A stretch of 64,000 nt of DNA from a virus. Both the position numbers and the translations under genes were made by a program. The notes under the pieces are model-generated. The model had not been told where the DNA came from. It ran no database searches and saw nothing but the letters and a program-made list of their open reading frames with translations. The DNA lies in the IMG/VR virus record IMGVR_UViG_3300025011_000027, positions 1 through 64,000 of that record; one strand, given 5' to 3'. Shown here in pieces: positions 49,764 to 57,554 of this stretch. The stretch's first letter is position 1; each line of letters starts with the position of its first letter.

Positions 49764-52115
49764 TTAATGTTCTAGATTATAGTGGATTGTTTCCAGTGTG
49801 TCCGTTTCAGCATCTTCCAATTGCTTCTTAGAATACTCGTTATCAGGATGGGCTAAAATTTTAGTAACAAGGTTGCTATGAGGATCAAAACCTTCATTAT
49901 TAACCGACGATGGTCCTAACTTCTTAGCATAGTTTATAATTTCCATAATAGGCTTACTATTAAGGCTCTCTGCACTGACTTTGTTACCAGGATGAGTTAA
50001 AACTTTTTCAGCTAGCTTGCTTTTTAAAATAAAACCTACATGCTCCTCAGACGTGTTAGCATAATTGGACCACTCTCCTGCCCATTTACCAAGTTGAGAT
50101 AAAGATGCAGTTTCAAGAGTTTGATTATCATATTTATACGGATGATCTTTCTTTATCTTGTCAATAAAACCTTGAGTAAGTTCATCCTTCATCTGTTCAA
50201 GTATAGTTGAGCTTCCTTTAGTAGTTTTTGGAGAGGAGATTACCGATTCTACTGTCTTTGTCTTCTGACTCGTAGTGACAGTAATTTTAGGTTGTTTAGT
50301 ACCTTTAGACTTATTAGGCACATATTCAGCATATAAACTATCTGCGGCTTCTTTCATGCTGCTCATACCCATACTGTAATACTTATCATAAGCTTTACTA
50401 CCATATTCCTTACCAGATAACAATTCTGCCAATTTACGCTTTGTATCAGTATGTGAGGACTTATTATTGTCGTAATCCTTCATAATTGATTTGTAAGCAG
50501 CTTGCTTTACTTTCCACTTCTCTTTGTCAGCTTTTTGTTCTGGAGTTAGTTTCGGAGCTTTCTTTTCAGGTAAGTTCTCCACTTCGTCCAAGTTTACTTC
50601 AGCATACTTTGTTTTCTGCTTTACGGTGAAATGATGTTTACCATCTTTCTTTTTGTATCCTACAATGGTGTATCGTGCTTCCATTGACATTAGAACTTCG
50701 TCCTCACCAGAATGAGAGCTTAAATGTTTAATACTAGCTGCGTATTTACTTCCACCTTCTAAAGTAAATATACAACTATTTCCACCACTTCCGTGACCTG
50801 AAAAACCATTTGCAGTACTCTTGCTACTTGACCAACTACTGGTTCCACGCATATCAATAATAAGATTTGATCCTGTTGACTTTATGAGCTTATCAAGTAA
50901 TTCGTCGTTTACTGATATACCTCTATACAGAGGAGCAGTACCTGCCCATTTAGGCATTACTTTTAAAGCTTTTTCAATGTCAACACTTCTCTTATAATAT
51001 TCTTGGTATGTGTAATTATTAGGATCCATTTTCTTAGTTTGAACTGATCTTATTCCAGAAGAACCAGAACCTGAGAATGAAGTAATAGCACTTGCATAAT
51101 GGTCAGCCGCTTCATCTGAAACACCTAGACCCTTAAAATAGTCAATCTTTTCAGATTTACTTACTTCATAACCTTTATGACCTTCTTTTCCATAACGATG
51201 TGTAACGCCGACTCTGCCTCGTGTCTCTTGACTACCTCCAACCTCTCCAGGTCTTCCAGCGTGATTGAAGTCTCCTGAACCGGGGCCACCCTTTCTTAAT
51301 ACAAGCAACATGTCAGCACCCCTTTTACTTAATATTCTCCCTAGTCCTAGAAATATTGATTTACTAAATTTGGGTTTTATCGACTTAACTTCTTTCAGAT
51401 AAATCATAGTATGAGTTGCCGCAGTTCCTGAGGAAGTTGTCCCTGCAACATCGTCTATCCTAGAAATTTTGAATCTTGACCCAGCGGACATTAAGACTTC
51501 TTCTTCCTCTTTAAATTCACTGATAGACCTAATGCTTGCTCCATGCATGCTTCCCTTTTCTAAAATAAGCATGACCGATCCATGATGACCATATGCTTTT
51601 GGACCTTTACTGCCAAAACTTAGTGCAACCTTTTCTGAGCTTGACCAACTACTTACTCCCAACATGTCGATAGAATCTCCGCTTTTATGTGAGTCTCTTA
51701 GCGACTGAAGATTACTTGGTTCAATTCGTATTCCTCGATAGATGGCTCCTGACTTCCATTTTGGAAGCTTCTTAATGAGTGCTTCCAAGTTCTTAGCATG
51801 ATTAACAAGTCGATCTTCTTCCTCTTTATTGTCTCCCTTATAAGTTCCACTACCAACTTGTCTAATTTCAGTATAGTCAATACCAGTAAAGTCAGTTATT
51901 GCCTTTGCGTATGCTTTAGCATGCTGCTCATCAACTCCAGTTTCTTCCATTATATAAGCAGCTTTTTTAGATAGTCCATTGTATGTTGAAGGATGATGCT
52001 CACTGGTTCTTCGACTTGTTCCACCTTTTCCTTCACTACCACCCACTTGACCAGGTCTCCCTGAATGTCCAAAATCCCCTGATCCTACGCTACCCTTACT
52101 GAGTACTATTTGCAT
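49764..52115 (-). CDS. Tandem ADP-ribosyltransferase protein (two R-S-E ART domains, each with a GSGxFxHxGRPGxVGGS leader; C-terminal repeats)
   Basis: IYRGI/SSWSSS/EEEEVL and LYRGI/SSWSSS/GEDEVL; internal SD plus ATG at 51311. Confidence 0.85.
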   Translation of the reverse strand: MQIVLSKGSVGSGDFGHSGRPGQVGGSEGKGGTSRRTSEHHPSTYNGLSKKAAYIMEETGVDEQHAKAYAKAITDFTGIDYTEIRQVGSGTYKGDNKEEEDRLVNHAKNLEALIKKLPKWKSGAIYRGIRIEPSNLQSLRDSHKSGDSIDMLGVSSWSSSEKVALSFGSKGPKAYGHHGSVMLILEKGSMHGASIRSISEFKEEEEVLMSAGSRFKISRIDDVAGTTSSGTAATHTMIYLKEVKSIKPKFSKSIFLGLGRILSKRGADMLLVLRKGGPGSGDFNHAGRPGEVGGSQETRGRVGVTHRYGKEGHKGYEVSKSEKIDYFKGLGVSDEAADHYASAITSFSGSGSSGIRSVQTKKMDPNNYTYQEYYKRSVDIEKALKVMPKWAGTAPLYRGISVNDELLDKLIKSTGSNLIIDMRGTSSWSSSKSTANGFSGHGSGGNSCIFTLEGGSKYAASIKHLSSHSGEDEVLMSMEARYTIVGYKKKDGKHHFTVKQKTKYAEVNLDEVENLPEKKAPKLTPEQKADKEKWKVKQAAYKSIMKDYDNNKSSHTDTKRKLAELLSGKEYGSKAYDKYYSMGMSSMKEAADSLYAEYVPNKSKGTKQPKITVTTSQKTKTVESVISSPKTTKGSSTILEQMKDELTQGFIDKIKKDHPYKYDNQTLETASLSQLGKWAGEWSNYANTSEEHVGFILKSKLAEKVLTHPGNKVSAESLNSKPIMEIINYAKKLGPSSVNNEGFDPHSNLVTKILAHPDNEYSKKQLEDAETDTLETIHYNLEH

Positions 52116-52221
52116 GCTGTCACTTCCTCCTAATAGCTAAAAGAATGCGCTTATGATCTTTCTCATCAGCTTGGATTTCTTTAAGCTTATCCGCCGATTC
52201 TTCGTCCCCTGCTTCTTCAAA

Positions 52222-53559
52222 CTATTTGATTCTTTCACCATAGTCCTTAATAGCTTTTTCTTCTCCTTTAAGGTCATTGGTTAGAGAGATTCTTTTAGCT
52301 AATAATTCACTTAATCCGATCATGGAATATTCACCTGACTTCTTAAAGGAGGTAACTACGAAACGAGCTTTACCTGATATAAGTACCTCTTCCTGTTCAT
52401 CAAATGCGCTAAAGTCTTTAATGCTTGCTCCTAACCTTGTACCATTTTTAAGAACAAATATAACCTTATTAGCATAATTTCCTTCACTAAACTTCTTAGC
52501 GACATCTAACCCGCTGCTCCAGCTACTAACACCTAACATACTGAAATCTTCTCCAGTATATAGACCATTTAAGTATTTTTTAAGAATTGCATTACTGAAA
52601 GATACTCCCCTGTAAAGTGTGCCTGTCTTACCCCACTTAGGAAGTATTTCGATAGATCTTTCCAAGTCACTACCCATCAATGCATACTTACGTTCTTCCT
52701 CTTTACTATTGAAGTTCTCTGAATTACCCATCTGAGCTGCGCGAATATCAGAGACGCTAGGTCCTGTAAAAAGAAGGATTGTCTCGACCAGCCGCTTAGC
52801 GTACTCAATCTCTACCCCTCTTCTATAAAAGACCCTATACTTTTCATCAAGCTCTCCAAGTTCTCTATGACCTGAGGTACTTGAATTCTTCTTAAGTTGA
52901 TACGCTACCCACTTATCCACTGTCTCTTGCCATATACGATGCGGAGCAAGCTCACCATCCCACTTCTTGTCAACGTCACTGAATACGTGCATCCTATTGT
53001 TCTTATATTTCCCTTCCTCTATCATGCCATCCGAAACTGCAATTAAACGTGGTTTATCGCTCTTACTATCTACCATATACCAGTAACAATTCCAGTCCAT
53101 TCCAATAGACCAAATTTGTGCCCATACTTCTGAACTATGAAGGGCGCCAACAACAAAGTCAGGACCGTTTTCATATGAATCATTTGGTTTATGAGCTTCA
53201 ATAATTAGTTTTTTCACGTATAGACCTTTATCACTATTCTCTCTTTTCCATAAAGCTCTGTATCTACGCTCAGCGGCAATTACTCTTGTGCTATTCAGTC
53301 CCCCGACAACACATGGAACATGCGTATGTCCAGATTCTATAGCTGCAAGTAGTTTGTGGTGTCCATCGTGAAGGTCATAGTCATACCCAACAACTAAAGC
53401 TGGAGTAGGTTTACCTTCTTTAAAGTCTCGAACATATTGAGCAACCTTATCACGATTGATGCTCTTAGTAGTCTGATAAGGAGTATTAATTCTATTCGTT
53501 GGTATGTATATTGGGTTAGGTGCAGTGGTCTTATATGCAAACCTATTAGCATTGCCCAT
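52222..53559 (-). CDS. ParB/Srx-like domain plus ADP-ribosyltransferase; ferritin-like tail interrupted by TAG
   Basis: PALVV...DGHHKL.AA...G...VP; LYRGV/SSWSS/EQEEVL; frame continues past TAG to TGA at 52120. Confidence 0.82.
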   Translation of the reverse strand: MGNANRFAYKTTAPNPIYIPTNRINTPYQTTKSINRDKVAQYVRDFKEGKPTPALVVGYDYDLHDGHHKLLAAIESGHTHVPCVVGGLNSTRVIAAERRYRALWKRENSDKGLYVKKLIIEAHKPNDSYENGPDFVVGALHSSEVWAQIWSIGMDWNCYWYMVDSKSDKPRLIAVSDGMIEEGKYKNNRMHVFSDVDKKWDGELAPHRIWQETVDKWVAYQLKKNSSTSGHRELGELDEKYRVFYRRGVEIEYAKRLVETILLFTGPSVSDIRAAQMGNSENFNSKEEERKYALMGSDLERSIEILPKWGKTGTLYRGVSFSNAILKKYLNGLYTGEDFSMLGVSSWSSGLDVAKKFSEGNYANKVIFVLKNGTRLGASIKDFSAFDEQEEVLISGKARFVVTSFKKSGEYSMIGLSELLAKRISLTNDLKGEEKAIKDYGERIK

Positions 53560-53593
53560 TAAAGTTTCACCTACTTATAATTATTAGCCGAAT

Positions 53594-53623
53594 AAAAAAG
53601 ACTAGCGCATAATGGCTAGCCTT
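53594..53623 (-). terminator. Terminator after kinase gene
   Basis: aaggctagc-cattatgc-gctagtc-tttttt. Confidence 0.6.
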
Positions 53624-53637
53624 AGTTTAGCACGGAT

Positions 53638-54819
53638 TTACTTTTTTAGCACTACTTTAATGTCCTTGTCGGTCTGAGCGTTCTTCTTTACTTTTTGGGT
53701 GCCTCGACGTTGCTCTGTAAGCTTCGCAAAGAAGCTCTTGAACTCATTCCCGGCATTGTTTTTCCGCTCAATTGCTTGAGTGTAGAATGATTCAGGTAAC
53801 TTTAGGGAATCTGCATAGGGCTTAAGCATTTTACGATATTCTTGGTCAGGGATAGCTTTGAGCTTATCAAGCGCACTATCTACCGCGGTAAGGTCAAGAT
53901 CAACTTTTCCCTTTGCGTACTCACGATACATGGTATTATAAAGAGGTTCTTGCTCTCCATACTGAGCGTTAGGATGATAGTCCAAACTCATATGATGAGA
54001 ACCTTTGTCCTTTGAATATCTGAAAGCTTGCTCTTTATCGACACCTAATACCTTTCCTTGTTCAGTCAATATGAAGTTTCCTGCATGAGAATCGAAGTTC
54101 CCAACTGTCCAATCCAGTACGTGTTCGCGCTGAATATCTTGAATCTGTTGAGGTGTAAGTGACTTCCAGTTAAGCTCTTTCAAATTACCCATTACACCTG
54201 GCACAAGAGGTTGAACTGATCCTAGTTTGCCTCCCTTGATTCTATCAGTATGAACTGGAATATGATCACCGTATTTGAAGATTCGAGACGCTATATTTGA
54301 AACCGCTGTCTGAACATGCGCCCTAAATTCTTCTCTTTGTCCGCCCTTTGACTCCGCAGGTTTAAATATATATTGGCGACCTTTATCGTCAGTAAAGATA
54401 TCCTTCTTCCCTGCTCCCCCTAGATGAGAACCGCTGCCTTGATTCTTCATTTCTGATATCTTTGGAAGAGTCTCTTTTGCTATCTGACCATCTTTAGTCA
54501 AATAGATATGCTGCCCGTTCATGGTTACCCAACGCCCGCCTGGATACTTCTTGTCCATACTTTCTCCAAATGACTTTTGTAACGTATGTCTTACTGCCCA
54601 CTGTGCGGCTTGCTCACTGGTCCAACGAACGGTCGGAGTGTTATCACCAAGCTCATTCTTTTTCAGTCCTTCAAAGACTTGAGTTACAAGTCCGTAAAAA
54701 GCTGCTCCTTCTTCTCCTTGATCTCCGTATTCACTTTTGACTATTTGCTTTGCTCTTGACCAGTGGTTCTCATTATTAAGATCCGCTAGACTTCTCTGGA
54801 TTTGATCGACTTCACTCAT
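53638..54819 (-). CDS. HipA/PI3K-PI4K-like atypical kinase with short N-terminal head-associated domains
   Basis: LGGAG Gly loop, YIFKP, GSVQP, LDW.VGNFDSHAGNF catalytic loop, GVDKEQAF. Confidence 0.82.
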   Translation of the reverse strand: MSEVDQIQRSLADLNNENHWSRAKQIVKSEYGDQGEEGAAFYGLVTQVFEGLKKNELGDNTPTVRWTSEQAAQWAVRHTLQKSFGESMDKKYPGGRWVTMNGQHIYLTKDGQIAKETLPKISEMKNQGSGSHLGGAGKKDIFTDDKGRQYIFKPAESKGGQREEFRAHVQTAVSNIASRIFKYGDHIPVHTDRIKGGKLGSVQPLVPGVMGNLKELNWKSLTPQQIQDIQREHVLDWTVGNFDSHAGNFILTEQGKVLGVDKEQAFRYSKDKGSHHMSLDYHPNAQYGEQEPLYNTMYREYAKGKVDLDLTAVDSALDKLKAIPDQEYRKMLKPYADSLKLPESFYTQAIERKNNAGNEFKSFFAKLTEQRRGTQKVKKNAQTDKDIKVVLKK

Positions 54820-54878
54820 TAACTTATCCCCCTCTTATTAATGTAATGCTATAATATTACTACATAATGAGAGGACTG

Positions 54879-55103
54879 TCAAATTACTGACAGTCCCTTT
54901 GGTTTGAAGTAATGCTTTTCAAGTACCCCTTTATAATTCGTGATCTCGACGGCGTCCAATTTACCTTCGCGCTCTAACTTTCTTAAATCCTGACGAGTAA
55001 TGCCAGCAGCTCTTTTTAGAATAGCTGCGCGAACTGGTTTACCTGTTTCTCCTTCAAAGTGATCACAAATGGCATGAATATTAGCTAACCAGATAGGCTT
55101 CAT
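54879..55103 (-). CDS. Small winged-helix-like hypothetical protein
   Basis: GITRQDLRKLEREGKL. Confidence 0.5.
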   Translation of the reverse strand: MKPIWLANIHAICDHFEGETGKPVRAAILKRAAGITRQDLRKLEREGKLDAVEITNYKGVLEKHYFKPKGLSVI

Positions 55104-55258
55104 TTGTTCATACCCCAGTTAGATCGTGTGCCGCATTTTGGACAAGTAGCTGAATACTTATCATTCTCTACTGAGAAAACTTCTCCGCACTTCTTACAAG
55201 TTACTTCTTGGTTCTCGCCCTTGCATAGTACCCTAGTTGGTCTTTGTTCTTCTTGCAT
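55100..55258 (-). CDS. Small zinc-ribbon protein (52 aa, not in ORF track)
   Basis: CKKCG...CPKCG; GGAGG RBS; ATGA coupling. Confidence 0.55.
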   Translation of the reverse strand: MQEEQRPTRVLCKGENQEVTCKKCGEVFSVENDKYSATCPKCGTRSNWGMNK

Positions 55259-55516
55259 TTACTTTTCCTCCATTAATTCATATTTTATAGACATTTCGCG
55301 GATCTCCATGAACTTTAGTTCTTTGTCGTATCCGTCGAATTCTTCCCAAAACTTTTTGGCCTGTTTCCAACTATCAAATCTTTTTGCTTTATTAAGCTTA
55401 ATAGTACAGTCGGTATGATGTTTAATGGTAAGATGATTCTTTGCAATGTACTTAAACTCTTGACCACGTTGAACGATGATAACAAATTTACCTTCAACTT
55501 TTGCTTCAGTTTGCAT
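55259..55516 (-). CDS. Hypothetical protein
   Basis: Operon order, RBS. Confidence 0.55.
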   Translation of the reverse strand: MQTEAKVEGKFVIIVQRGQEFKYIAKNHLTIKHHTDCTIKLNKAKRFDSWKQAKKFWEEFDGYDKELKFMEIREMSIKYELMEEK

Positions 55517-55531
55517 GGTTTTAGTCCCCTT

Positions 55532-55765
55532 TTAGTTTTTAGTTAGTTTTTCATACTCCGCAACCGTCATATCCTCTTCAGTTACGTCCTCAGCTCTTAA
55601 GATAAGATAGTTTCCCTCATGGATTACGGTATATTCATTTGCCATAATACTGAATTTGAGTGCGCTAAACTTCTGACCAATTTTATCTTTATACCAGTTT
55701 CCATACAAGTGAGCCTTAGAAGCTCTAACGACAGTTAGCACCCGTACTCCTTTTCTTAGACTCAT
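55532..55765 (-). CDS. Hypothetical protein (SH3-like)
   Basis: WYKDKIGQKF motif. Confidence 0.55.
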   Translation of the reverse strand: MSLRKGVRVLTVVRASKAHLYGNWYKDKIGQKFSALKFSIMANEYTVIHEGNYLILRAEDVTEEDMTVAEYEKLTKN

Positions 55766-55766
55766 G

Positions 55767-56156
55767 TTAGTATACCCTTTCTTCTGACAGGTTTACGGCG
55801 TGTACATTCTCTAAGGTATAGAAACAAGGTTGCTGATCATGAGCTTTAACCCATTCGTCGAAGACTTCTTGGAATTTACGGGTAAGCTCTGCTTCTGCTT
55901 CGTGGGAGATACTATCCAAATACCCATCTGAAGATTCTCCGCATTCTTCTCCAGCGTCACATCTTAGCTGCTCAAGGATAGTTTCAGCATCAATAGTTGG
56001 CCTGAACCATTTAACTTGACCAACATAGATATCGCGTCTCTCACCACAATCAAATGCGTCCCGAAGTGCTTCCTTCTTAGTTTCACAGGTTCCATTACCC
56101 CAAACACCGTCTTCAGTTGCATTCCAAGACCACAGTCCTTCTCTAATCTCTGACAT
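55767..56156 (-). CDS. Conserved acidic phage hypothetical protein
   Basis: W....CETK.EA...IYVGQ...IDAE.ILE...P.FY. Confidence 0.7.
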   Translation of the reverse strand: MSEIREGLWSWNATEDGVWGNGTCETKKEALRDAFDCGERRDIYVGQVKWFRPTIDAETILEQLRCDAGEECGESSDGYLDSISHEAEAELTRKFQEVFDEWVKAHDQQPCFYTLENVHAVNLSEERVY

Positions 56157-56187
56157 TAAAAAACACTCCTTTCATCATACATACTAG

Positions 56188-56217
56188 ATATATAACAAAA
56201 GAAGCGTATTTTTTAAG
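56188..56217 (-). promoter_or_regulatory. Phage promoter (copy 7)
   Basis: CTTAAAAA-N15-TATATAT. Confidence 0.75.
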
Positions 56218-57403
56218 TGACTGTTCCATATTCTCTCATATACTGTATGGGGTAACAATGACAGTGCGGGTGGGTGGAAGCGTTTGGTAACCATCCTCCT
56301 TCTTTGCCGATCTTCGAAGCAGTTAGTCCTACATTCATCCCGCCTGTTCTTGCGACATTATGAAGAATCTCACTAAGCTTGAATATCTTTGGTGTTCCAT
56401 CTGGATTTAGGTATAGCTTCTTACACGATGCACACGCGATGGGCTGAACGTGATAATATACTTCAATCTCGTCAGCGTCTCCCCCACCTTCGTGTTGTAT
56501 GCTTGCTAGTTTGCCCAAGTTAGTGGAATACCTGATTTCAGTTTGAGCTATTCTATCCCAATCCCTACTTATGTCTTCTTGCTTAAATCGTGACCTTAAC
56601 TCTGAACTAAGCTCTTGCCATCCTTTGACGCTTCTATCTGACTCTAGGATACTCATTTCTTCTCTGCTTAGTCCTTCTTCATTGTATTTTGTGATCTTAA
56701 GGTCTCCAGAGAAATAGGACTGAATAATAAGGTTTAAGTTCTTCTTTTCATTGGCTAATATAATGTCCTCTGCTTTGTCGGCAAGCTTTCTTCCAAACCC
56801 TGTTACAAACCTTGCCGCGTTCTGCTTTGCTTGCATTAGTATTAGCTCATCTACGCGGTTCAGAGGTATCTTAGCGACTAGTTTAACCATGTCCGCATAC
56901 GTATCTCCGTTGGCTAGTACAAACGATAGTCTACCAGCTACATACGACTGATTAATCCAGGTCTCCAAGTCCTGCTCAGGAGGTACTATGCCGTATTTAT
57001 TCCACTGACGTTGCAGCGAACTTGGTACTTTATAGCCTAATCCTATCGCGGATCTGAAATGAGATTCGATTAATAATCTAAGTTCTGCAACTTGTGCTTC
57101 AGTCAATGTAGGAGGTACTCCAGACCGTTTACTGAGAATGTTCTTTTTAAACGTGCTTTTCCCTTTAAACCACTTCTCTATGTTCTGAACGAGTGTAGTC
57201 ATTAGAGAACGTGTCGTTATATTGAGCTTCTTCTCTATCTGTCTGAGATACCTCTCTGGTATTTCTTCTCCTACATGGTTATGCTCTTTCTTCGATAGAA
57301 GCTCTACCACTTTACTAGTTAAGTGTTCATTCGATATATAGGAGGAGAGTGCTTTTGCAAGTTCTTCATCTGTGATGTTCTCACGAGTTACCCTTACTTG
57401 CAT
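56213..57403 (-). CDS. MuF (SPP1 gp7-like) minor head protein
   Basis: RDWDRIAQTE...N.G, AC.SC..LY, HPHCHC; follows portal. Confidence 0.88.
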   Translation of the reverse strand: MQVRVTRENITDEELAKALSSYISNEHLTSKVVELLSKKEHNHVGEEIPERYLRQIEKKLNITTRSLMTTLVQNIEKWFKGKSTFKKNILSKRSGVPPTLTEAQVAELRLLIESHFRSAIGLGYKVPSSLQRQWNKYGIVPPEQDLETWINQSYVAGRLSFVLANGDTYADMVKLVAKIPLNRVDELILMQAKQNAARFVTGFGRKLADKAEDIILANEKKNLNLIIQSYFSGDLKITKYNEEGLSREEMSILESDRSVKGWQELSSELRSRFKQEDISRDWDRIAQTEIRYSTNLGKLASIQHEGGGDADEIEVYYHVQPIACASCKKLYLNPDGTPKIFKLSEILHNVARTGGMNVGLTASKIGKEGGWLPNASTHPHCHCYPIQYMREYGTVT

Positions 57404-57546
57404 TGCGCTGCCTCCTTTTTTCTTAACATTGAATCATATATCTTTTGGAGCTTTACAGCTTTGTCCATGCTCCCGAATCTTGCTTCATCATATACCCAAA
57501 TAGCTAAGTCGGTTAGTGACTTTGACAGTTTGCTTTGGCATTCCAT
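57394..57546 (-). CDS. Small protein between portal and MuF (50 aa)
   Basis: MECQSKLSKSLTD...; GAGGTG RBS. Confidence 0.5.
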   Translation of the reverse strand: MECQSKLSKSLTDLAIWVYDEARFGSMDKAVKLQKIYDSMLRKKEAAQCK

Positions 57547-57554
57547 AAGGCACC

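Noticed and set aside
52222-52224. Genome-wide TAG reassignment (alternative genetic code)
   Set aside because: Many genes end normally in TAG (folE, dnaC, baseplate genes) and long genes are not fragmented; only one in-frame amber was found.
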